Of a stretch of DNA of 32,000 bases, positions 9,301 to 17,366 are shown piece by piece. The notes below the pieces were generated by a model. The model made no database searches and was not told where the DNA came from. It saw nothing but the letters and a program-made list of their open reading frames with translations. The stretch's first letter is position 1. Each line of letters starts with the position of its first letter. The DNA lies in NCBI RefSeq assembly GCF_017876815.1, contig NZ_JAGIOS010000001.1, positions 2,100,001 through 2,132,000 on the forward strand. Reading direction: 5' to 3'. The stretch is from Sinorhizobium meliloti. GTDB lineage: Bacteria; Pseudomonadota; Alphaproteobacteria; Rhizobiales; Rhizobiaceae. A program made the position numbers and the translations under genes.

Positions 9301-10083
9301 CTACCGAGCCCCGAGTTCGCGCAGCCGCTGTTCGGCGGTGGGCGGCAGCGGCAGGTGCGGATTTGCCCGCACGGTTTCGATGAGGAGGTCGTCGCTCGCA
9401 GCCTCCGTAACTTCCACCAGCTTCGCCAGAAATGCGTCCGGATCCAGCCCGGCCTCGATCGGCGGGAGGACACGCACCTTGAAGTGGCCAGGGAAACGGA
9501 GGAACTTGCGCCGCGGCCAGAACAGCCCCGGATGCATCGCGACGGGAACCACCGGCACCTGGAGATCCCGATAGAGCCGGGCGATGCCGTATTTGTACTC
9601 CGGCGGTGCGCCGGGCGGGCGGCGGGTCCCCTCGGGGTAGATGATCAACTGACGCCCCGTCGCCATCTCGTTTTTCGTGCGGTCCATGACCTCGGTCATC
9701 GCCTTGCCGCGCGCGGCGCGGTTCACCGGAACCATGCGCTGCTTGACGATGTACCAGCCGAACAGCGGTATCCAGGTGAGCTCCCGTTTGAGGATATAGA
9801 AGGGATCGTCGAGCCAAGGCAGAAGCGCATAGGCGTCCCAGAAAGACTGATGCTTCGGCGCGAAGATGTAGGCGCCCTTCGGAATGTTCTCGAGGCCCTC
9901 GATCTCGAAGGTCGTGCCGACGATCTTCGCGAGCAGCCAGTGGTTGCTGCGCGCCCAGTTCTTGGGCACGAACCAGGCCGTCTTGCGCGGCACAAGGAAA
10001 TAGAACGGCGTCAGCACGATCATCTGCACGATCAGGTTGGCATAGAAGACCAGATTGAAGAGGATCGAACGCAGGATGATCAT
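9301..10083 (-). CDS. plsC: 1-acyl-sn-glycerol-3-phosphate (lysophospholipid) acyltransferase
   Basis: 260 aa with an N-terminal TM segment, the H(X)4D acyltransferase motif (PKHQSFWD) and the IYPEGTR block. Confidence 0.9.
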   Translation of the reverse strand: MIILRSILFNLVFYANLIVQMIVLTPFYFLVPRKTAWFVPKNWARSNHWLLAKIVGTTFEIEGLENIPKGAYIFAPKHQSFWDAYALLPWLDDPFYILKRELTWIPLFGWYIVKQRMVPVNRAARGKAMTEVMDRTKNEMATGRQLIIYPEGTRRPPGAPPEYKYGIARLYRDLQVPVVPVAMHPGLFWPRRKFLRFPGHFKVRVLPPIEAGLDPDAFLAKLVEVTEAASDDLLIETVRANPHLPLPPTAEQRLRELGAR

Positions 10084-10184
10084 CAGGCAGACTCTCGGGT
10101 GCGGGTGCGGTGCGCCACGCTGCCTACACGAATATGCGGCGGAGGAAAACAGCCTCGCGACGAGAGCACCTTTCTATGCCGGTC

Positions 10185-10883
10185 CTACTCCCCGGCCGGC
10201 GCAATATGAGAGGGGCCCGACCTGAGGCCGTTCGTCCAGCGGGCGCCCATCACATCGCGCAGCGTGGCGACCGAGTATTTGCCGTATTCGAGCAGAATGG
10301 CCTTCAGCACCAGCGGATTGCGCAGCCAGTTGGTCGTCTTGAGATCCGAATTGACGACCGGGTAGGCGATGAATTCGGTTTCGGGCCTGGCGCGGCGCAG
10401 TTCGAGCAGGCTGCGCGGCATGTGGTAATTGTTCGTCACCACGAGGATCGTCCGATAACCTCGGTTTCGGATCCACAGCGAGGTTTCGGTCGCATTGCCG
10501 ATCGTATCGATCGCCGCATGACCGATATCGACGCAGCATTTGAACAGGTCGGCCGAGCTCTGGGTGTTGCGCCTGATCTGGCTTCGTGTCGTCGACGGAT
10601 GAACACCGGAAATCAAGAGCCGCTTTCCGGCACCGAGTTTCAGGAGATCGACCGCCTGGTCTATTCGTTGGAAGCCGCCGGTCAGCACCACGATCGCATC
10701 CGCTTTCGGAGTGGCAGGCGGCTGCAGCGAGGCGACGGTATCGGCGAATTGCAGGAAGCCGGCGATGAATACGGTGAGAAAGGCGAGCAGCACGAAGAAG
10801 CCGCGGCGCAGCACTTTGCGCAGCAGGCTGCGGGACTGGCGACGGCGCGCGGCCCTCTCCAGCCATTTGCCCCTTTCGGCCAT
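10185..10883 (-). CDS. YdcF/DUF218 (ElyC/SanA-like) envelope protein
   Basis: The sequence has a TM segment followed by DAIVVLTGG...RLLISGV...IDTIGNATE...ILVVTNNYHMPR, the DUF218 hallmark blocks. I prefer the start at 10883 (GGGAG SD 4 nt upstream). Alternatives are 10913, 10922 and TTG 10967. Confidence 0.8.
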   Translation of the reverse strand: MAERGKWLERAARRRQSRSLLRKVLRRGFFVLLAFLTVFIAGFLQFADTVASLQPPATPKADAIVVLTGGFQRIDQAVDLLKLGAGKRLLISGVHPSTTRSQIRRNTQSSADLFKCCVDIGHAAIDTIGNATETSLWIRNRGYRTILVVTNNYHMPRSLLELRRARPETEFIAYPVVNSDLKTTNWLRNPLVLKAILLEYGKYSVATLRDVMGARWTNGLRSGPSHIAPAGE

Positions 10884-10988
10884 CCCGCTCCCGCGTAGTT
10901 CTCCCGCCTTCATGATTCTCATCACATAGCCGCAGATTGCGGCAGGGAATAGATCGATTGCGGGCAATTCATGGCCTTCCGGGCGATT

Positions 10989-12005
10989 TCAACCCTGAAA
11001 GGTGTCGGTCCGGCCCGGATCCGATCGGATAAGGTCGATCTCGTAGATCGTCCGCATGACGGTAAGGCGCGCCGTCAAGGTCGTCAGCAGGGCAATGACG
11101 ACGATAATGCCGAAGATACCAAGATAGCCGGTGTAGCCGATGGCGAAGGTACCGAACAGAGCGGTCGCCTGATCCGTTTCAGGGGTTGCAAGCGTCTGCG
11201 ACTGCCAGAAGCTCGCCAGCGCAAAGGACAGCGCAGCGAGAAGGCCGCCGGCGCCGGCGCCCTTCAGACTGATTCGGAGAAAGTGCTTCTGGAATTCGGC
11301 GGCGACGAAACTCGCTTCCGCTCCGACGAAATGAAGGACCTCGACGATGTGGCGATTGCCGGACAGCGCGCCGCGGGTGGCGAAAACCACCGTCAGCACC
11401 ATCGCGGAGAAGACCAGTACCAAGACGCCGGTGCCGATCATCGTGGTTGTACTCGCCATTGCTACCAGGCGATCGACCCAGGTGCGATGATCATCGAGGA
11501 AGGCCTGCGGGATGGTTTCGGTGAGCGCCTTTCGCATCGCGGCGAAATCGGGGGGATTGCTCTCGTCGATCGTGACGACGACGAGCCGCGGCACGGGCAG
11601 TTCGTTCAGGTCGAGCCCGCCACCGAGCCACGGTTCCAGGAGGCGTGCCGTCGCCGCGCGGTCGATGATCGTGCCGCCCGTCGTGCCGCTGAAGGTCAGC
11701 GCCAGATCCCGGGCATCGGCGAGCGCCCTCTCCATGTCGAGGTTGTCGTCCGGCTTGATCTGGATGGTGATCTCACGGGAGATCTGCGATTGCCAGCTCT
11801 GGGCGGTCGCCCGCACCATGCTGACGCCGCCGAGGGTCAGGCAGGCGAGAAAGGACATGATGGCGATGACGCACATGAGCGCATGGCCGGAAACGTTGAC
11901 CGAAGGCACGATCGGCCCCGTCGGGCGCACGCGCATCTCGCTGCGGCGTTGCTGCTGCTGCGGCGGAGGGTTTGACTCGCGGCGGGGAACACGGTTCTCA
12001 TTCAT
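10989..12005 (-). CDS. ftsX: Cell-division ABC-type permease-like protein FtsX
   Basis: 338 aa with an alphaproteobacterial-type N-terminal extension, a large periplasmic loop after TM1 and three C-terminal TM helices. Its start overlaps the ftsE stop by 8 nt (ATGAATGA). Confidence 0.9.
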   Translation of the reverse strand: MNENRVPRRESNPPPQQQQRRSEMRVRPTGPIVPSVNVSGHALMCVIAIMSFLACLTLGGVSMVRATAQSWQSQISREITIQIKPDDNLDMERALADARDLALTFSGTTGGTIIDRAATARLLEPWLGGGLDLNELPVPRLVVVTIDESNPPDFAAMRKALTETIPQAFLDDHRTWVDRLVAMASTTTMIGTGVLVLVFSAMVLTVVFATRGALSGNRHIVEVLHFVGAEASFVAAEFQKHFLRISLKGAGAGGLLAALSFALASFWQSQTLATPETDQATALFGTFAIGYTGYLGIFGIIVVIALLTTLTARLTVMRTIYEIDLIRSDPGRTDTFQG

Positions 12006-12681
12006 AGATGTCGAGCCGTCCCTGTGACAGGATCATCCTCCGGGCCTCGACCTGATCCATCAAGGACAGGTCGTGCGTGGCGATCACCACCGCGGTCCCG
12101 AGTCGATTGAGTTCCATGAAGAGATTGAGCAATCGCCGCGCCATCGGCGGATCGACGTTGCCGGTCGGCTCGTCGGCAAGCAGAATCTCCGGCCGGTCGA
12201 TCAGAGCCCGAGCGATCGCGGCGCGCTGCTTCTCTCCGCCGGACAGCACCGGCGGCAGCACGTTGAGGCGCTCGCCGAGGCCCACCCATTTAAGGAGCTC
12301 GAGCACGTCGGAGCGATAGCTCGACTCCTCCTTGCCGCGGACCCTGAGGGGCAGGGCGACGTTTTCATAAGTCGTCAGATGGTCGAGCAGCCGAAAGTCC
12401 TGGAAGACGATGCCGACCCGGCGGCGCAGCATCGGAAACTCCTCACGGGGAATGGAGGAGATGTTGCGGTCGAACATGCGGATGAGGCCGCGCGTCGGCT
12501 TGAGCGACAGGAAGAGGAGCCGGAGCAGCGTCGTCTTGCCGGCGCCTGACGGACCGGTCAGGAACTGGAAGGAACGGCGCGGAATATCGAATGTCAGGTC
12601 CCGGAGAATCTCTGGTCCCATGCCATAGCGCAATCCGACGTTTTCAAAGTGAATCAATGGGACAGCCCAGTCTCTCGTCAC
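11998..12681 (-). CDS. ftsE: Cell-division ATP-binding protein FtsE
   Basis: The sequence has Walker A GPSGAGKTT, the ABC signature LSGGEKQR and Walker B ILLADEPTG. GTG 12681 has a GAGGG SD. An internal TTG at 12657 (MIHFENV) is an alternative start. Confidence 0.93.
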   Translation of the reverse strand: MTRDWAVPLIHFENVGLRYGMGPEILRDLTFDIPRRSFQFLTGPSGAGKTTLLRLLFLSLKPTRGLIRMFDRNISSIPREEFPMLRRRVGIVFQDFRLLDHLTTYENVALPLRVRGKEESSYRSDVLELLKWVGLGERLNVLPPVLSGGEKQRAAIARALIDRPEILLADEPTGNVDPPMARRLLNLFMELNRLGTAVVIATHDLSLMDQVEARRMILSQGRLDIYE

Positions 12682-12855
12682 GACCCTCGCTAAATCCGCC
12701 GAAGGCCGGATTATCGCAGCTCCACCCGTCTATCAGATGCGCCACGGCCGGTGAAGCACTTCAAGCACCGCATGTCTGCTTGCACAGGCTCCGAATTCAG
12801 GAACATGCAGTAGGACGGCACTGCTGCCAAGGCAAAACCGCGCATGCCGCTATGG

Positions 12856-12871
12856 TTAAGCAAGGGTTAAC
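12856..12871. promoter_or_regulatory. Full CtrA-box match (TTAA-N7-TTAAC)
   Basis: The sequence TTAAGCAAGGGTTAAC is an exact match to the CtrA consensus. It lies about 175 nt from both the ftsE GTG (12681) and the divergent ATG at 13046. It is a motif match only. Confidence 0.45.
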
Positions 12872-12915
12872 GTTCCATGAAAAGACGCGGCTTTCGCGGC
12901 CTTCTTTCCAAAACA

Positions 12916-12923
12916 TTAACCAT
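12916..12923. promoter_or_regulatory. CtrA half-site 8-mer (TTAACCAT)
   Basis: An exact TTAACCAT lies 45 nt from the full box, in the same intergenic region. Confidence 0.35.
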
Positions 12924-13045
12924 TTCGGTTTACGTCTCGTCAGGATTCGAAGCAATGCCTTGCATCCATGCAGATGGCATGTGCATCGAGCGAAGACGTA
13001 CGGCGCTGCAGGCAAGACGATCGGCGCCGTCACCGGGGAGCGCCC

Positions 13046-13488
13046 ATGCAGGCATTTCGCGCAAAGACCGCGGGCATCGACCTCATTCCACCGGAGCGCG
13101 CCTCGCGTTCGAGCGCCGCTCAGCCGAGGCGCCTCGACTATATCGATGTCGAATTCGAAACGGTTGCGCCGACCGCACGGCGCAGCCCCTATCCGGGGTG
13201 TTCAACGACAACCGCCGGGCCGGCGCCCGGCAAAAGGCCAACGCGGCGGCCGCCCCGGGATTGCGGAGTGCAGCACGGCGGATCCTGGTCGCGGCCGGGA
13301 CCAGGCTCGATGCGATGTCGCCCCGGCGCTTTGCCGGCCTGGCCGCCTTTCTCGGACTTACGGTATTCCTGCTGATCGCCGGTTTCGGCGGCGACGGGCG
13401 GGCCGACATGCACCCGCTGCCGACGAAGGGCGGAAAAATGCCGGACTTGACGGTTTCCTTTGCCGAAGGCGGTGCTTCCGCTCGCTGA
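13046..13488 (+). pseudogene. Small membrane-protein gene with an apparent -1 frame change at a G4 run (13195-13198)
   Basis: ATG 13046 has a GGGGAG SD 5 nt upstream and opens a protein-like frame (MQAFRAKTAGIDLIPPERASRSSAAQPRRLDYIDVEFETVAPTARRSPYPG). After about 13198 the protein-like frame is the -1 frame (VFNDNRRAG...MSPRRFAGLAAFLGLTVFLLIAGFGG...), which has a clear TM helix and higher GC3. The original frame becomes R/P/G-rich and stops at 13375. One extra G would fuse the two into a protein of about 147 aa. Confidence 0.4.
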
Positions 13489-13551
13489 ATGTGCTAATCG
13501 CGGCTAAAGAAGGGAAGGCTGGTGTTCTTCCTTGCGAATGGAGAAACCCGC

Positions 13552-14097
13552 ATGCCCGTCGTCCGCGGCAAGAATATCGAAGTCCTCTACAGCGCCGAAA
13601 CCATTGCGGCGAGAAATCAGGAAATGGCCGCCGATATCGTTCGTGGGCCGCATAAGGACCTTCTGGTCATCTCGATCCTGAAGGGCTCCTTCATCTTCGC
13701 GGCCGATCTGATCCGCGCCATGCATGCGGCGGGCCTTGCTCCGGAGGTCGAGTTCATCACGCTTTCGAGCTACGGAACCGGGACCGAATCCAAGGGCGTC
13801 AGGATCACCAAGGATATCGACAGCGATGTGCGTGATCGCGACGTGCTCCTCATCGACGACATTCTGGAGTCCGGCCGCACCCTGCGCTTCGCCAAGGAAC
13901 TGCTCCTGGAGCGCGGCGCACGAAACGTCACGATCGCGGTGCTGCTCGACAAGCGGGTGAAGCGCCGCGTCGACCTCGAAGCGGATTATGTCGGCTTCGA
14001 GTGCCCGGATCATTTCGTGGTCGGCTACGGAATGGATGTCGCCTACGCGTTCCGCGAACTGCCGTTCGTCGGAGTGGTGACGGGCGACGCAACCTAA
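13552..14097 (+). CDS. hpt: Hypoxanthine(-guanine) phosphoribosyltransferase
   Basis: The sequence has the PRPP-binding motif VLLIDDILESGRTL and the SILKGSFIFAADL and VVGYGMD blocks. I prefer ATG 13552 (MPVVRGK) over the track GTG at 13522. Confidence 0.92.
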   Translation: MPVVRGKNIEVLYSAETIAARNQEMAADIVRGPHKDLLVISILKGSFIFAADLIRAMHAAGLAPEVEFITLSSYGTGTESKGVRITKDIDSDVRDRDVLLIDDILESGRTLRFAKELLLERGARNVTIAVLLDKRVKRRVDLEADYVGFECPDHFVVGYGMDVAYAFRELPFVGVVTGDAT

Positions 14098-14319
14098 CTT
14101 GGCTCGTACCTTTTCTGCTGTGCGTCTGTCACGGGCACCGTCTCGGCGCCGCCGAATGATTAAAATGCCTCCTATCGTGTTTACCGGAATCAAACGAAAA
14201 GCTGTTTGTTTGGATGACGTATCGCGGTCGCATGAGGCGGCGGACGATACGGAGATCCAACGGAGCGTCCATGGCATCCAATCGCCGCGCCGCTCCCCGC
14301 AGAAAAAATACGGGAGGCC

Positions 14320-14682
14320 ATGATGGCGAAAATCCTGATCACCGAGGACGAAGATGGCTTGCGCTCGTTCGTCGCGCGCGCTTTGCGGCTCGACGGGCAC
14401 GAAACGGTTGAAGCCGGGGACGGAGCCGATGGGCTTGCCTGCCTTCGCGATCAGCCGTTCGACCTCTTGCTATCCGATATCCGGATGCCGGTCATGGACG
14501 GCATCGAGCTTGCGCATCAGGCGGCCGCCGCATTTCCGGCATTGAAGATCCTGTTGATGACCGGCTACGCCGAACAACGCGAGCGTGCCGACGACCTCTC
14601 CGGCAAGGTCGTCGACGTCATCGAGAAGCCATTTTCACTGCCCGACATCCGCAAGGCCGTAGCGCTCGCACTGGCCGCCTGA
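14320..14682 (+). CDS. cpdR2: Single-domain CheY-like response regulator, CpdR family (divergent paralogue)
   Basis: 120-aa receiver domain only: the acidic pocket EDED, phospho-acceptor LLLSDIRMPVMDG, and KPF. By eye it is roughly 40% similar to Caulobacter CpdR as I recall it. The symbol rests on remembered S. meliloti synteny (hpt-cpdR2-...-lysA) and is less certain than the family call. Confidence 0.85.
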   Translation: MMAKILITEDEDGLRSFVARALRLDGHETVEAGDGADGLACLRDQPFDLLLSDIRMPVMDGIELAHQAAAAFPALKILLMTGYAEQRERADDLSGKVVDVIEKPFSLPDIRKAVALALAA

Positions 14683-14722
14683 CGCCGCCGTCGAGAGGGA
14701 CGCGGTTGATGTGTCCGCGCGG

Positions 14723-14761
14723 CCCCTCATCCGGCTGCCGCCACCTTCTCCCCGCAAGCGG
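14723..14761. repeat. RIME/Sm-repeat-like intergenic palindromic element, left part (split by IS insertion)
   Basis: CCCCTCATCCGGCTGCCGCCACCTTCTCCCCGCAAGCGG. The first 31 nt recur in inverted orientation at 17468-17500. The last part is the left arm of the hairpin CCTTCTCCCCGC-AA-GCGGGGAGAAGG, which is reconstituted when 14762-17375 is removed. Confidence 0.7.
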
Positions 14762-14781
14762 CAGGGCTGTCCGGGGAAAAT

Positions 14782-15945
14782 TCATGCATAGCGGAAGACC
14801 ATTTGGTTTGGGATGGTCCGGGGTTTTGGTCGGCTTGGATTGACCTGCGGCGGCTTGTGGATTTCGGCGATGCTTTTGCGCTGGAACAGGCACTGGGTGA
14901 CGAGGTCGGTGAAGCGCAGGATCGGTAGAGGGACGCGGGCGAGGCGGGCGGCGATGCGCAACAGTGCATAGGCGATCATCGCGGCGAAGATCTGCAGGCG
15001 GATGGCGTTGTCGTTGTTGCCGAGGAACTTGCGGATCTTGAGGTGCTGTTTGATCCAGCGGAACAGAAGCTCGATCTGCCAGCGATCCTTATAGAGCTGG
15101 CCGATCTCGACGGCGGAGCGCTCGAGGTCGTTGGTCAGAAGCGTGATCGTATCGCCGTCCTGGCGCTTGACGATTACCCGGCGCAAGCCGATCGGCAGCT
15201 TGGAATCGCCCTTGCTGGCGAGGCTGACCTGGCTGTCTTCGAGGACCAGGAAGCCATCGCCTTGAGGTTGCTCAACGGGGCGTTCAGCGACCAAAGCCAG
15301 TCCCATGTTGGTCTTCGGCCGGGTGACGAAACTGGCGCCGGCTTCGGCGATCGCCGTCCACCAGCCGTAATGGCAGTAGCCCTTGTCGAAGACATAGGTT
15401 GCGCCCTTTTCGATGGTGATCGTGCGGCCGATCTGGGCGTCGTTGACGTTGGCGTCGGTGATGTCGAGGATGCCTGGACAATCGGCCTTGGGATCATAGA
15501 CGACATGCAGCTTCATGCCGCGGATGCGGCCGTTCGACTTGGCCCAATCGTACAGCTTACCCAGCGGTATCGGGGTCGAATCGATCAGCCGCAGCATCTT
15601 GGTGCCCTCCCGGCGCGTCTGCCGGTCGAGCTGACCGGCCAGAAGCGCGAAGGTCTCGGCGAAGACGGCGACCGGGCGGCGGCGGTTGGCGTCCGACAGC
15701 GTCGAGCGCATCAGCCGGCCACTGCCGAGATGGTAATGATGCTGACTGTTGGCGTTGAAGCTCGCCTCCAACCCGCGCAGGCTGGTCGTGGCGCTCAACT
15801 GGGCATAGATCAGTGCCACCAGATGATCCCAGCTGGTAAAGCACTTGTCGTAGGCATCCCCGGCATGACGATCCACAATCGCCTGAAAGCTGCGGCGATC
15901 AATCGCTTTCAGCAGCTGGGCGAAAATGCTAGGGGTGAACCGCAT
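14782..15945 (-). CDS. IS4-family DDE transposase
   Basis: 387 aa. The C-terminal LYKDRWQIELLFRWIK fits the IS4-family Y-(2)-R-(3)-E-(6)-K signature exactly. The N-terminus MRFTPSIFAQLLK...WDHLVALIYAQL resembles the DUF4372-type N-domain seen in this transposase group. The stop lies inside the terminal IR. Confidence 0.9.
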   Translation of the reverse strand: MRFTPSIFAQLLKAIDRRSFQAIVDRHAGDAYDKCFTSWDHLVALIYAQLSATTSLRGLEASFNANSQHHYHLGSGRLMRSTLSDANRRRPVAVFAETFALLAGQLDRQTRREGTKMLRLIDSTPIPLGKLYDWAKSNGRIRGMKLHVVYDPKADCPGILDITDANVNDAQIGRTITIEKGATYVFDKGYCHYGWWTAIAEAGASFVTRPKTNMGLALVAERPVEQPQGDGFLVLEDSQVSLASKGDSKLPIGLRRVIVKRQDGDTITLLTNDLERSAVEIGQLYKDRWQIELLFRWIKQHLKIRKFLGNNDNAIRLQIFAAMIAYALLRIAARLARVPLPILRFTDLVTQCLFQRKSIAEIHKPPQVNPSRPKPRTIPNQMVFRYA

Positions 15946-15953
15946 GCTCCGTC

Positions 15954-17251
15954 GGGACTGTCAGGAATTCTGTGCGGTGGGCCATGATGATGAAAAGGAG
16001 AGAATCATCACATGGCTATCGAGAAAGAACTTCTGGACCAGCTCCTGGCTGGACGTGATCCATCCGAGGTTTTCGGCAAGGACGGTTTGCTGGACGATCT
16101 GAAGAAGGCGCTTTCAGAGCGCATCCTCAATGCGGAGCTTGACGACCATCTCGACGTCGAGCGCCTGGAGGGCGGCCCCGCCAACAGGCGCAACGGTTCC
16201 TCCAAGAAGACGGTTTTGACTGGCACATCGAAGATGACGCTGACCATCCCGCGCGATCGGGCGGGTACCTTCGACCCAAAGCTGATCGCCAGATATCAGC
16301 GCCGGTTTCCCGATTTCGACGATAAGATCATTTCGATGTACGCCCGTGGTATGACAGTGCGCGAGATCCAGGGGCATCTTGAAGAGCTCTACGGCATCGA
16401 TGTGTCGCCGGATCTGATCTCGGCGGTGACCGATACGGTTCTGGAGGCCGTTGGAGAGTGGCAAAACCGGCCGCTCGAGCTTTGCTACCCCCTCGTGTTT
16501 TTCGACGCCATCCGGGTCAAGATCAGAGACGAGGGCTTCGTACGCAACAAAGCCGTCTATGTCGCCCTGGCCGTGCTCGCTGACGGCAGCAAGGAGATCC
16601 TCGGGCTCTGGATCGAGCAGACGGAAGGGGCAAAGTTCTGGCTGCGGGTCATGAACGAGCTGAAGAACCGCGGTTGCCAGGATATCCTAATCGCCGTGGT
16701 CGACGGCTTGAAGGGCTTCCCCGAGGCCATCACCGCCGTCTTTCCCCAAACAATCGTCCAGACCTGCATCGTCCACCTGATCCGGCACTCGTTGGAGTTC
16801 GTATCCTACAAGGATAGAAGGACCGTTGTGCCGGCGTTGAGAGCCATCTACCGCGCCCGAGATGCCGAGGCGGGCCTGAAGGCGCTGGAGGCCTTCGAGG
16901 AAGGGTACTGGGGCCAGAAATATCCCGCTATCGCTCAAAGCTGGCGGCGCAACTGGGAACACGTCGTTCCCTTCTTCGCCTTCCCCGAAGGGGTCCGCCG
17001 CATCATCTACACGACGAACGCAATAGAGGCCCTCAACTCGAAGCTTCGGCGAGCTGTGCGTTCCCGCGGGCATTTCCCTGGTGACGAAGCCGCGATGAAG
17101 CTGTTATATCTCGTTCTTAACAACGCGGCCGAGCAATGGAAACGGGCGCCGCGGGAATGGGTCGAGGCAAAGACACAGTTCGCCGTCATCTTTGGCGAGC
17201 GGTTCTTCAACTGATGAAACCGGCCCACCGCACAGAATTCCTGACAGTCCC
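15954..17251 (+). mobile_element. ISRm3 (IS256 family), 1298 bp, inserted inside the IS4-family element
   Basis: Perfect 30-bp terminal inverted repeats GGGACTGTCAGGAATTCTGTGCGGTGGGCC lie at 15954-15983 and, as the reverse complement, at 17222-17251. A 9-bp target duplication TGCTCCGTC lies at 15945-15953 and 17252-17260. The 1298-bp length, 30-bp IRs and 400-aa ORF match my recollection of ISRm3. Confidence 0.88.
16012..17214 (+). CDS. IS256-family (mutator-type) transposase
   Basis: 400 aa. MAIEKELLDQLLAGRDP...RRNGSSKKTV...DRAGTFDPKLI...MYARGMTVREIQ...LVFFDAIRVKIRDEG...TTNAIEALNSKLRR are hallmark IS256-family blocks. An AAGGAG SD lies upstream. Confidence 0.95.
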   Translation: MAIEKELLDQLLAGRDPSEVFGKDGLLDDLKKALSERILNAELDDHLDVERLEGGPANRRNGSSKKTVLTGTSKMTLTIPRDRAGTFDPKLIARYQRRFPDFDDKIISMYARGMTVREIQGHLEELYGIDVSPDLISAVTDTVLEAVGEWQNRPLELCYPLVFFDAIRVKIRDEGFVRNKAVYVALAVLADGSKEILGLWIEQTEGAKFWLRVMNELKNRGCQDILIAVVDGLKGFPEAITAVFPQTIVQTCIVHLIRHSLEFVSYKDRRTVVPALRAIYRARDAEAGLKALEAFEEGYWGQKYPAIAQSWRRNWEHVVPFFAFPEGVRRIIYTTNAIEALNSKLRRAVRSRGHFPGDEAAMKLLYLVLNNAAEQWKRAPREWVEAKTQFAVIFGERFFN

Positions 17252-17366
17252 TGCTCCGTCTCCTTTTCTGAGTCTCGACAACCAGAAAATAGACGGAAAA
17301 ACGCCGTCTGACGGGGCATGCGCCTGCGACATTTCGATTCACCCGGAACTTTCCCCGGACAGCCCT

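Larger units (their letters stand above)
14762..17366 (-). mobile_element. IS4-family insertion sequence (about 1298 bp native length) carrying a nested ISRm3
   Basis: The terminal inverted repeats CAGGGCTGTCCGGGGAAA(A/G)TTC lie at 14762-14783 and, as the reverse complement, at 17345-17366. A 9-bp direct repeat CGCAAGCGG flanks the element at 14753-14761 and 17367-17375. It encodes one DDE transposase. Confidence 0.85.

Noticed and set aside
12591-13655. 354-aa plus-strand ORF running from inside ftsE through the intergenic region into hpt.
   Set aside because: The product is R/P/A-rich. It crosses regions with better-supported frames (ftsE antisense, the small membrane-protein gene, hpt) and has no SD or motifs.
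14160-14176. TTAA-containing sequence upstream of cpdR2 (GATTAAAATGCCTCCTA), considered as a possible CtrA box.
   Set aside because: The second half-site is missing (TTAA-N7-CCTA), so it does not fit TTAA-N7-TTAAC.
14762-17366. Reading the two transposase genes as a composite transposon or a two-gene mobile cassette carrying cargo.
   Set aside because: ISRm3 has its own perfect 30-bp IRs and its own 9-bp duplication entirely inside the outer element. Subtracting it leaves a standard single-ORF IS of about 1.3 kb with no passenger genes.
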